In this document: positions 48,036-56,168 of the stretch, in pieces
Numbering within the stretch: the stretch's first letter is position 1
Layout of the letters: every line of letters begins with the position of its first letter
Assembly: GCA_023248265.1 (NCBI GenBank)
Contig: JAHFEZ010000002.1
Coordinates: forward strand, 1-57,178
Length of the DNA: 57,178 nt
Reading direction: 5' to 3'
Origin: Deltaproteobacteria bacterium
Lineage (GTDB): Bacteria > Bdellovibrionota > JACOXK01 > 2-02-FULL-40-11
Program-made: the position numbers and the translations under genes
The notes under the pieces: generated by a model
What the model saw: only the letters and a program-made list of their open reading frames with translations
Told to the model about the DNA's origin: nothing
The model's database searches: none

Positions 48036-48452
48036 TTAGAGTTTCTCCACGCTTTCAGCTTCAATGGCTTGAATTCCATCTTTGGTATACACGGGCCCCG
48101 TAATTTTTACTTTTTCAGCCGCAAGTTTTTTAACTATTTGATAGCTTTCTTTTTTGTGGTGGTTTTCAATCACAAGATATACTTTCCCCTCAGAGGTTAA
48201 AAGACCTACCGCAGCCCCTTCATTAATACACTTTTGAGCACAGTCTTTGTGTTTTTTACCTTTGCCTTCATGCGCCATAAAACACACCATGTCTAACACT
48301 TCCCCTTCTACGGTTTTCATCTGTTGAACCCCTGCGGGCGCTTTAGAAACTTCATGCCCTTTATGTTGCTCATGGTTATGCTGTGCAAAAGAAAAATTTA
48401 AAAAAGAGACCATGCCTAAACATAAAACTGTGACCTGAACAATCTTGATCAC
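48036..48452 (-). CDS. periplasmic His/Cys-rich protein (138 aa), unassigned
   Basis: A signal peptide is followed by QHNHEQHKGHE and the cluster C-FMA-H-EGKGKK-H-KD-C-AQK-C. The GTG start is preceded by AGGAGG. Confidence 0.55.
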   Translation of the reverse strand: MIKIVQVTVLCLGMVSFLNFSFAQHNHEQHKGHEVSKAPAGVQQMKTVEGEVLDMVCFMAHEGKGKKHKDCAQKCINEGAAVGLLTSEGKVYLVIENHHKKESYQIVKKLAAEKVKITGPVYTKDGIQAIEAESVEKL

Positions 48453-48467
48453 GATACCTCCTTTTGT

Positions 48468-48794
48468 TCAAAGACGTTTAGAAATTAACTCCATCAACTC
48501 TGAAATTTTTGTATCAATTTTATTTTTATCTTTGGACTCTACCGCTTTTTGAACACACTTTCGTATGTGCTTATCTAAAATTGTTTTTTCAGCCGCCGCC
48601 AATGCAGCAGTCACCGCTCGAAATTGCACCAAAATATCCACACAATAGCGTTGCTCCGTAATCATTTTAGCAAGCCCCTCCAATTGCCCTTGAATTTTTT
48701 TAAGCCGAGCTAATTCCGAGGTGTGGTCTGGATGAGGAGATGTTAAAAGCTTTGGCTGCTCGGTTTTACAACAATGATGTAGATTTTCTTGCAT
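48468..48794 (-). CDS. csoR: CsoR/RcnR-family metal-sensing repressor (C-H-C ligand set, copper type)
   Basis: The DUF156 helical pattern is present (LKKIQGQLEGLAKMI...RYCVDILVQFRAVTAAL...HIRKC). The N-terminus contains HHCC. The start is ATG at 48794 or 48812. Confidence 0.75.
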   Translation of the reverse strand: MQENLHHCCKTEQPKLLTSPHPDHTSELARLKKIQGQLEGLAKMITEQRYCVDILVQFRAVTAALAAAEKTILDKHIRKCVQKAVESKDKNKIDTKISELMELISKRL

Positions 48795-48802
48795 ATTCTT
48801 TT

Positions 48803-48837
48803 CTTGACACATACCCTATGGGGGTATATGTGTCAAG
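48803..48837. promoter_or_regulatory. 35-bp palindrome CTTGACACATACCC-TATGG-GGGTATATGTGTCAAG with CsoR-box-like core ATACCC-N5-GGGTAT and a TTGACA on each strand
   Basis: Read directly. It lies between the divergent csoR and nosL-like starts. The outer 10-bp arms are perfect. The core has the G/C-tract pseudo-palindrome form reported for CsoR operators. Confidence 0.6.
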
Positions 48838-48842
48838 AAGAA

Positions 48843-49292
48843 ATGAAAAAAATCTCTCTCCTAACAAGTCTGATGATTCTCATGACTGGCTTTTATACGA
48901 CGGCCCTGCCTGCAGAAACCCATTGTAATGTGTGCAGTATGAAAATTTTAGAAAATTCTCGTCAGCATTTTTTAGTACGAGATGAGTCTTTAGGAAAAGA
49001 GCCTCTCCATATTTGCTCGGTAACGTGCCTTCATAAGATCAAACAATTTAATTCAAAAATATCCAACATTGAAGTTGCTCAGTTTAATGAACCTTTAAAA
49101 TTTTTAAAGGCTGACAAAGCTTTTTTTCTAGTTAAAAGTGAAAAAATAAAGGACGATGCAGGATCGATGGTCATGCCTCCCATTGCTGCGGCTTTTACAA
49201 CTCAAAAAGAAGCTCAAGCTGCTCAAAAAAAATATGGAGATGGCACGATTATCCTAGGGCTTGAAAATGCCCTGAAAAGTATAGAAAAATAA
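48843..49292 (+). CDS. NosL-like copper-binding accessory protein
   Basis: A signal peptide starts at the ATG at 48843. The motifs HCNVCSMKI...HICSVTC and the C-terminal ...MVMPPIAAAFTTQKEAQAAQKKYGDG resemble the NosL family layout. Confidence 0.5.
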   Translation: MKKISLLTSLMILMTGFYTTALPAETHCNVCSMKILENSRQHFLVRDESLGKEPLHICSVTCLHKIKQFNSKISNIEVAQFNEPLKFLKADKAFFLVKSEKIKDDAGSMVMPPIAAAFTTQKEAQAAQKKYGDGTIILGLENALKSIEK

Positions 49293-49306
49293 AGTATAGA
49301 AAAATA

Positions 49307-49810
49307 ATGAAATATTTTTTGCATTACACACTATTTATAATCCTATCCCTTTTCATTAGCATGGGGGGCATGTGGGGTTGCGGCCCCATGAACGGCACAC
49401 CCCCTGCGGATACAAATACTACACGCGCTATACCTTCTGAAAATAATATGAACGGGCCAACAAGTTGGCAGCCTTCGAAAAATAATCAATTTCTCATTTT
49501 TATTTCTAACATGACTGTAGGTTCTTCAGCCTCACCTGAGTCTTCCTTAGGGGATAATCTGTATGTCATTCATTGTACCCAGACGGATTTAAACTTAAGT
49601 CATCTTTCTTCAGATGCTGAGCTTTCTATTAGCTATGAAATGCCCGATATGCCACAAATGGGAAAAGAAACCGTTGTGGCTTCTCATAATCCAGATGGAA
49701 CTTTTTCAGCCTCTCTTTTTTATTCCATGAGTGGTGTATGGAAAATTTCTCTAACCATAAAAAACCAGTTAATTAAAGATACGTATGTTTTTACAAAAGC
49801 TGTCCAGTAA
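49307..49810 (+). CDS. lipoprotein with YtkA/FixH-like Ig-fold domain
   Basis: Lipobox MWGC. The Met-rich block is SYEMPDMPQMGKE...DGTFSASLFYSMSGVWKISL. Confidence 0.5.
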   Translation: MKYFLHYTLFIILSLFISMGGMWGCGPMNGTPPADTNTTRAIPSENNMNGPTSWQPSKNNQFLIFISNMTVGSSASPESSLGDNLYVIHCTQTDLNLSHLSSDAELSISYEMPDMPQMGKETVVASHNPDGTFSASLFYSMSGVWKISLTIKNQLIKDTYVFTKAVQ

Positions 49811-50741
49811 AGTATTTTATTTTATTTTCCTCATCGCATGGATTTTTTTAAATCCTGTTTCTTTATATGCACAAAGTTGTCATGGCGGGGGTGGGGGGCA
49901 AGTTTTGGCCGTTTTATCTTCTGGCCAACGGTATCAATTGGCCCATGCAACGTCTTATCGTTTAACCCAAGGACGGTTTGATCCGTATGGAAGATATATT
50001 GAAGAAGCCCCGTCCACCTCTTATCGATCTCTTGTAACCTTATGGGGGGCTGCCTATCGCTTGAGTGAAAGTTGGCAAGCAGGCTTAACTCTCCCTTTTA
50101 TATATAATGATTATTCTATTTCAACCCTGGAGCGCTCATCAGCCTCCCTGGGAGACCCCATTGGAGAAATTCGATATCTTCTGTGGGAAGATCTAGGCTT
50201 TTTAAAATATCGCCCCTCTGTATCCTTCTATGGCGGAATTCGCATTCCCCTTGGAAAATCTCTAGCTGAATCTTCAGACCCCTTAGGGACAGATGTTACG
50301 AGTGATGGAATCTTGACTCCACATCTGGGTATTTCTCTTTCTAAAATTTATTCTCCCTTAAAACTAACATGGGATGGGTCATTTTTTTATCCCTTTCAAA
50401 AAACCATTTCAAAAATGCGTGGAAAGTCCATCCCCTCTTATGTTTTAAAAAATGGAAATCGTTTTCAGATGGCCCAAAGTATTAGCTATCTTTTAAATGA
50501 ACACGTCACGGGCTCTTTGGGAATAAAGCAGATGTGGCAACGCCCTAATCTTAATGATGTCCAAATAGTGTGGGGATCTGCAGCTAGATTGTTTTCAACT
50601 CTGGCAAGCCTAAGCTATGCACCCAACACTTCTTGGGGATTTACACTATCCTATGACAATGCGTTTCCTTTTTATCGATATCTTGTGAATCAACCAAAAA
50701 CAAAAACTTTTTTAGTCGCAGGACTATACAATGGTTTCTAA
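49785..50741 (+). CDS. outer-membrane beta-barrel protein with CHGGGGG at mature N-terminus
   Basis: The signal peptide ends in SLYA-QSCHGGGGGQ. The protein is beta-strand rich and ends in ...AGLYNGF. It overlaps the upstream gene by 26 nt. Confidence 0.55.
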   Translation: MFLQKLSSKVFYFIFLIAWIFLNPVSLYAQSCHGGGGGQVLAVLSSGQRYQLAHATSYRLTQGRFDPYGRYIEEAPSTSYRSLVTLWGAAYRLSESWQAGLTLPFIYNDYSISTLERSSASLGDPIGEIRYLLWEDLGFLKYRPSVSFYGGIRIPLGKSLAESSDPLGTDVTSDGILTPHLGISLSKIYSPLKLTWDGSFFYPFQKTISKMRGKSIPSYVLKNGNRFQMAQSISYLLNEHVTGSLGIKQMWQRPNLNDVQIVWGSAARLFSTLASLSYAPNTSWGFTLSYDNAFPFYRYLVNQPKTKTFLVAGLYNGF

Positions 50742-50777
50742 CGAAGTAGTATTAACCGTCAACAGAAAGGGGAACAT

Positions 50778-51170
50778 ATGAAAAAAAAGGTATTAGGAAT
50801 TTTCACAATTTTAGTCATGGGTGGGATAATCTCTCCAACGTATGCAGCTGAACCCACAGCTCAAGGATACTTTTTAGTGAGTGGCAACTGGGCACAACTC
50901 AAACGAGGAGGGAATGTATTGGTTTTAAAAATCACAGATTCAGAGTCCAAAGCCTTAACCCAGGCCAATGTCAAAGTGGCTTACGATATGGTAGAAATGT
51001 CCATGAACCCTCCGGATAATCCCGTGGAAGAAAAAGAAAATGGAGTTTATGAGAAAAAAATATTTTTAGGAATGAAAGGTCATTGGAAATTTAAGACAAC
51101 TATTGCAGTTGGTCCCTTGCCGGATCCCTTGAAGGATACCCACGAAAAAGTTCAAGAGATTAAAAATTAA
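50778..51170 (+). CDS. periplasmic YtkA/FixH-like domain protein (130 aa)
   Basis: A signal peptide is present. The block VKVAYDMVEMSMNPP...ENGVYEKKIFLGMKGHWKF parallels the 49307 gene. Confidence 0.5.
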   Translation: MKKKVLGIFTILVMGGIISPTYAAEPTAQGYFLVSGNWAQLKRGGNVLVLKITDSESKALTQANVKVAYDMVEMSMNPPDNPVEEKENGVYEKKIFLGMKGHWKFKTTIAVGPLPDPLKDTHEKVQEIKN

Positions 51171-51264
51171 AAAAAACACTCTTTTACCATAAATGCCTAA
51201 TTATTAATCAATTGACTTCAGGTAAAGAGTTGTATATAAAAGAGGCACTTTTTGAGGAGGGCCC

Positions 51265-51975
51265 ATGCAGTATTTAATCATCTTAAGTTTACTATTCTCG
51301 ACCTTTTTACTTCCGGGGTGTAACAAGGATGAAGATAAAACTTTTGATAAACAAACTACAGATGCTGGAGAATTTAGCCGTAAAGGGGAACGTCGATCAG
51401 AGAACAAAACTGCTTTGGAGATGGAAGCAGCTCTCAACCAAAGATACCGTTTCTACAAAGCTCTGCAAGGAACCTATTTAGGAGTTACACAAACTCAAGA
51501 AGGTCAGTCTAAAATTCAAATAGATCTTTACTTATTTCATCCTCCGTTTCCTACAGATCCAAATCGCACCCGAACCATAGAAGAAGTTGCACATGATCTC
51601 ACAAATCTTTCAATGAAAGCTTATATCAACCAATGGACTCCTTCCTCATCTCCAGATGTTCCTTCTACCTCAATAGGCTGTATTGCAGAAGGAGCAGGCA
51701 TTGCCATAGATATGAACACAGGTGAAATTAGTATTGTTTCAGATAAGTGCGAGAATATTTATCCTTTGTTTTTATCTGATTCTACGCTAATCACCTCTGA
51801 AGCTTTAACAAATCTAACATCTTCTGAAATCGCTCAAGAAAAAGAACAAGCAATAAACATTGCAAAAGCTGTTTGGGAGGGTAGGCTAAACGTCGTTTCA
51901 CAACTTCGTGGAGAAGTGAAATCTAAAAACATTCCTCAACCTTATGAGTTATTAGTCACACGTGTTTCTGAGTAA
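51265..51975 (+). CDS. lipoprotein, unknown function (236 aa)
   Basis: Lipobox LLPGC. GAGGAGGG lies 3 nt upstream of the ATG. A possible promoter (TTGACT...TATAAA) lies upstream. Confidence 0.6.
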   Translation: MQYLIILSLLFSTFLLPGCNKDEDKTFDKQTTDAGEFSRKGERRSENKTALEMEAALNQRYRFYKALQGTYLGVTQTQEGQSKIQIDLYLFHPPFPTDPNRTRTIEEVAHDLTNLSMKAYINQWTPSSSPDVPSTSIGCIAEGAGIAIDMNTGEISIVSDKCENIYPLFLSDSTLITSEALTNLTSSEIAQEKEQAINIAKAVWEGRLNVVSQLRGEVKSKNIPQPYELLVTRVSE

Positions 51976-51983
51976 ATGATGAA

Positions 51984-53168
51984 ATGAAATATAAGCATAT
52001 TATACTTTTTCTTCCATTATTATTAAAAGTGGCTCTTGCATACGCTACTCCCATGACCATTTCTTTAGAAGATGTTGCAAAAAAAGTAAGCTCTCAAAAT
52101 TACCAAGTTCGAGAAAATGCCCTTCAGCTCTATCAAACCAAAGAAGCCATTCAAGTAGCACGTGGTAATCTTCTCCCAAAACTTAATTTTTGGAAAATCG
52201 CAGCTATTACCGTTGATCCTATCATGGCCCTGGGGATGGTGGAGGATATCGCTCCTTTTTTAGTTCCTCCAAACTGGCTTAAAGTTGAAGAACAAAAAAA
52301 TCTTCATCTAGCGAAACAAGAATCTTTTAGAGCACTTTGGGCAAATGAGGTCATGACAACCAAAGCTTTATACTTAAATGTGCTTTTGGATATGGCCATT
52401 CTGGAGCATATCCAAGAAAATAAACACCAATTTGAAAACATTTTAGAAATTGCCAAAGCTCGAGAAAAGCTAGGGGGGCTCAAGCCTGGTTCTGCTAGAG
52501 AAATTGAAATCCAAGTTCTAGCTTTAGAAGAAGACAAACGTGCCTTAGAAGTTTTAATTGCCCAAGAACTCAATTCCCTCTCTTACATGCTGGGATTCCC
52601 CAGTGAAACGGAGATAATATTAACACCTGTAGATATCTCAGGTTTTGAAACCTTTGATCCTCTCAATTACAGTGATTTTGAATTTAGAACTTTAGATTCC
52701 TCCCCAGAAATACGAGAATATCAACACTTGATGGATGCAGCAGATCTTCTTAAAAAAGAAGTTGTTTTTGATTTCTGGGGGCTAGAGACCCCTGCGTCTT
52801 TAAAAATTACAAAAGCCCAGAAAGAAGTTCTAAAAATACAAAAAGAAAGCACTCAAGAGCTCATTAAAAGACAACTTAAATTTCTTGTCGACTATTACAA
52901 TCTGGATTTAAAAAATTATAACAATGCCAAAAAACGAGTGTCGTTAACAAATGCCTCTCTAGATCAACAGCTAGAAAGATTAAAACTGGGTGCCAATATC
53001 GATGTCAATGACCTCATCGAATCCGCCCGAAATCACATTCAAGCCGACACGGACTTCTTTAGAATTAGTTACGAATTTTTAAGAAATGAAGACAAGCTGG
53101 CTCGGCTTATTTTCTATGGAGACTATGATAAAAAACCTGCCGTTTTGGAGCATTTAGGAGAAAAGTGA
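51984..53168 (+). CDS. short TolC-family outer membrane protein (394 aa)
   Basis: A signal peptide is followed by OEP-like helical repeats (ISLEDVAKKVSSQNYQVRENALQLYQ..., ...ARGNLLPKL...). Confidence 0.6.
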   Translation: MKYKHIILFLPLLLKVALAYATPMTISLEDVAKKVSSQNYQVRENALQLYQTKEAIQVARGNLLPKLNFWKIAAITVDPIMALGMVEDIAPFLVPPNWLKVEEQKNLHLAKQESFRALWANEVMTTKALYLNVLLDMAILEHIQENKHQFENILEIAKAREKLGGLKPGSAREIEIQVLALEEDKRALEVLIAQELNSLSYMLGFPSETEIILTPVDISGFETFDPLNYSDFEFRTLDSSPEIREYQHLMDAADLLKKEVVFDFWGLETPASLKITKAQKEVLKIQKESTQELIKRQLKFLVDYYNLDLKNYNNAKKRVSLTNASLDQQLERLKLGANIDVNDLIESARNHIQADTDFFRISYEFLRNEDKLARLIFYGDYDKKPAVLEHLGEK

Positions 53169-53170
53169 AA

Positions 53171-53647
53171 ATGAGTGCGCACACACACACTAAAGTTCTC
53201 AGTTGCCTCATGCTTATTTTTTTCTTTGTAGCATGCAATGAGGAAGAAGAAATTCAAACCTGGATTCAAAAGATGGATACATTGCGAAGTGAAGCTCAAA
53301 AAGAATCAACTCAAACACCCTATGGCCAACCTCAATATGAAGCTTTTAAAAAATACTTTTCAGAATTAAATCAAAGGGTTCTCACACTTAAAAATGATGA
53401 AAAGCTACAAAAACCTTTTAATTCGGTCGTTGAAAAAAGTAACTTACAAGATGATCTTTGTCCCAAAATATTTTTAACCAAAAATGAATGGCAAACTATT
53501 ATGCATAATTGTACTCGCAATCGTTTCTTTTTATGCTCAGAAGAAGTACGAAGCTATTCAGACATGGTTTCATCTCTTAGAAATCAACTCACATCTCAAA
53601 ATCAAAATCGATTTGATACCGCTTCTTCTTGCAAAGACGCCTTATAA
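53171..53647 (+). CDS. lipoprotein, unknown function (~158 aa)
   Basis: Lipobox FFVAC. The start overlaps or abuts the TolC-like stop. Several Cys residues are present. Confidence 0.55.
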   Translation: MSAHTHTKVLSCLMLIFFFVACNEEEEIQTWIQKMDTLRSEAQKESTQTPYGQPQYEAFKKYFSELNQRVLTLKNDEKLQKPFNSVVEKSNLQDDLCPKIFLTKNEWQTIMHNCTRNRFFLCSEEVRSYSDMVSSLRNQLTSQNQNRFDTASSCKDAL

Positions 53648-53651
53648 TACT

Positions 53652-54548
53652 GTGAAATATATCCTCATAGGACTCTTTTCTGCTCTTCTCTTTGGCCTTT
53701 CGACTCCTTTAAGTAAAATTATGATGGCTACCTCCGACCCCTTGGCTTTGGCTTCGCTCTATTATTTGGCCAGCGCAACGATTTTACTGCCTTTTGCGCT
53801 CCCCAACATTCAAAGCGAATTAAAAAAACTCAGCATTCATTCCAAAGATGCCAAAGATGTTTTTAGGCTCCTAGGTACATTTGTTTTTGGAGGCATTTTA
53901 GCACCTGTGTTTCTTTTATATGGCATTCGCTTGACCACAGCTACTTCCGCCAGCCTTCTTTTAAACCTAGAAACCGCAACCACAGCTACCCTGGCTCATT
54001 TTCTTTTTAAAGAACATTTGATGAAAAAAGATTGGGTGGGCGCCGCAGGCATTATTACAGCAGGCGGCATTTTGGTTTTTGAACATGGATGGATTCCCAA
54101 TATCGGAGGACTCTTTGTAGCTCTGGCCTGTGTGTGTTGGGGATTTGATAACAATTTTACAGCAAAAATTAGAGCAGTCACTCCTATCACCAATGCTTTT
54201 TTAAAAGGTCTTGTCTCAGGACTTTTTAACATGATTCTTGCTTTTGGTGTTGGAGCGCATTGGCCTACGACTCATCATTACAGTGGCCTAGCAGGGGTTC
54301 TTCTGATTGGGATGGTTTCTTTTGGGATCAGCATTGCTCTCTATATTACGTGCGCCAGAAAAATTGGCGCATTTCGTTCTCAGGTTCTTTTTGCCACTTC
54401 CCCTTTTTGGGGTGTGGGCGTGTCGCTTCTTTTTTTAAATGAACGGTTTATCTTACAGCAAGCCCTAGCCAGTGTTATTTTAATTTGTTCTTTGTCTTTA
54501 ATTTTCTATCGGCATTCTTTTGAAAAGAGCGAAAAGGATTTGTCTTAG
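53652..54548 (+). CDS. EamA/DMT-family transporter
   Basis: About 10 hydrophobic helices are present. GTG at 53652, 4 nt after the upstream stop, gives 298 aa. The track start at 53484 is an overlapping extension. Confidence 0.7.
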   Translation: MKYILIGLFSALLFGLSTPLSKIMMATSDPLALASLYYLASATILLPFALPNIQSELKKLSIHSKDAKDVFRLLGTFVFGGILAPVFLLYGIRLTTATSASLLLNLETATTATLAHFLFKEHLMKKDWVGAAGIITAGGILVFEHGWIPNIGGLFVALACVCWGFDNNFTAKIRAVTPITNAFLKGLVSGLFNMILAFGVGAHWPTTHHYSGLAGVLLIGMVSFGISIALYITCARKIGAFRSQVLFATSPFWGVGVSLLFLNERFILQQALASVILICSLSLIFYRHSFEKSEKDLS

Positions 54549-55590
54549 GTAGGAGTGGAAAAAGTTTTCGGTTCGCCATCGGAAAAGCAAACTTTTTTAA
54601 ATCTTTAAACTCCACCCATTTCCAATCCGCACAATCTCTCGTTTGAGGTGTTCCTTTTAAATACCGACACAAAAATCCCTCCATCTCAATCGAAAAGTGC
54701 GTATAGGCATGTTTAATCACTCCCACCGAGTGTGCGGCATCCACTTGAACCCCTACCTCTTCTTCAACTTCTCGCTCGACACACTCTTTAGCGGTTTCTC
54801 CATGTTTCATCTTGCCACCTGGAAATTCCCAAAGCCCCCCCAATAACCCCTCGGACTTTCGTTTGCTGATCAAAAGTTTATCTTTATTCCACACAATCCC
54901 CACAGCCGCTCTATAATGAGGCCTCAAGGCTTTTTCTTCTTTAATGGGATACAGCGAAACCTGATTTTTTTGAAACGCCTCGCATTCCGAAGATAAAGGA
55001 CACACCTCACACCTAGGCTTGTTGGGGTTGCAAATCGTAGCTCCGATATCCATCATCGCCTGATTAAAATCCCCTGGGTATGCGTTATGGATATTGGCTT
55101 TTAAAAAAGACTCAATTTCACTCAACGCTTTGGAAGGTGGCTCATCGATTCTTTTCACTCGAGAAATAACTCTTTTAACGTTGCCATCAATGGCTGGCAG
55201 TCCATAACCAAATGCAATTGATTGAACAGCAGCTAAGGTATAAGGCCCTACTCCTTTTAAGGTAGAAAATGCTTGAGGATCAGTGGGAATTTTTCCATCA
55301 TAATCTTGGACGACCTGCTGACAGGCTTTATGAAAATTTCTCGCACGCGCATAATATCCCAAGCCTTCCCAAAGTTTTAAAATGTCATCTTCAGAAGCCT
55401 GGGCCACATCTTTTAGAGTGGGATATTTTTGAAGCCACCTTTTGTAATATGGAACGACTGTATCAATTTGCGTTTGCTGAAGCATCACTTCCGAAAGCCA
55501 AATGCGATAGGGATCTTTCTCCCCTCGCCAAGGCATTTTTCGTGCTTTCTTGCGATACCAATTCATAAGTTTTTCGGTAAAATTTGTCAT
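54475..55590 (-). CDS. mutY: A/G-specific adenine DNA glycosylase MutY
   Basis: MTNFTEKLMNWYRKKARKMPWR from the ATG at 55590, an HhH-GPD region, an Fe-S Cys cluster (C..C..C....C) and a C-terminal NUDIX-like domain (GGLWEFPGGK). Confidence 0.85.
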   Translation of the reverse strand: MTNFTEKLMNWYRKKARKMPWRGEKDPYRIWLSEVMLQQTQIDTVVPYYKRWLQKYPTLKDVAQASEDDILKLWEGLGYYARARNFHKACQQVVQDYDGKIPTDPQAFSTLKGVGPYTLAAVQSIAFGYGLPAIDGNVKRVISRVKRIDEPPSKALSEIESFLKANIHNAYPGDFNQAMMDIGATICNPNKPRCEVCPLSSECEAFQKNQVSLYPIKEEKALRPHYRAAVGIVWNKDKLLISKRKSEGLLGGLWEFPGGKMKHGETAKECVEREVEEEVGVQVDAAHSVGVIKHAYTHFSIEMEGFLCRYLKGTPQTRDCADWKWVEFKDLKKFAFPMANRKLFPLLPKTNPFRSFQKNADRKLKTKNKLK

Positions 55591-55673
55591 AAAAAAAGCT
55601 ATGGCCAATCACATTCTGAAAAAAACAGAACTGATTGGCCTTTATAGCCGGAAAAAGTAATTTTCAGAGGTTC

Positions 55674-56168
55674 CTATCGACTTTCAGTCGTAGGCGCTGC
55701 TGGAGTTGCTGAACTTTCAGGAGCTTTTGTGCCTTCAGGAGCTTTTTCCCCTTCAGCAGGCTCCGCTTCTACAGGATGCTTCTCATCATGTTTTTCAAAA
55801 GCACCTTTGCGTTTTTCGTATTGTTTATCAATTTGAGATGCTCTCTTTTCCGAGTTTTTAGTGACACGCTCAACACAGGCTTGATCTGTCCCACATTTTG
55901 CAAGCTGTTTGTCTTTCCAGCCCTGCAATTTTTCCGTTTTCATCTGGTGCTGCGTTTCAATTTTTTCTTTCATCTTTTCATGCATCTTTTGATGATGCTC
56001 TTGGTCATGATGCTCTCGTCGCGCCATTTTCCCCCCATGCTCTTGGGCAGGATGGTGATGGCCCACTGCTGGATGATGATGACCTTGCCCATGTCCTCTT
56101 GAAAATCCCTCTTTTGCCAAAAGCATCAAAGGTACCATAATCATAAACGTTAATAGTTTTTTTATCAT
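55674..56168 (-). CDS. periplasmic His-rich protein
   Basis: A signal peptide starts at the ATG at 56168, preceded by GGGAGGG. The sequence RGHGQGHHHPAVGHHHPAQEHGG...EHHDQEHHQKMHEKM is followed by a charged helical region and a Pro/Ala/Glu tail. Confidence 0.6.
   Translation of the reverse strand: MIKKLLTFMIMVPLMLLAKEGFSRGHGQGHHHPAVGHHHPAQEHGGKMARREHHDQEHHQKMHEKMKEKIETQHQMKTEKLQGWKDKQLAKCGTDQACVERVTKNSEKRASQIDKQYEKRKGAFEKHDEKHPVEAEPAEGEKAPEGTKAPESSATPAAPTTESR

Noticed and set aside
51204-51437. 77-aa minus-strand ORF overlapping the start of the 236-aa lipoprotein gene
   Set aside because: The opposite-strand gene has a strong RBS and a lipobox. The minus-strand ORF has neither.
53484-53651. 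5-prime extension of the EamA ORF overlapping the 160-aa lipoprotein gene
   Set aside because: The extension is not hydrophobic or transporter-like. GTG at 53652, immediately after the upstream stop, gives a canonical ~300-aa DMT protein.
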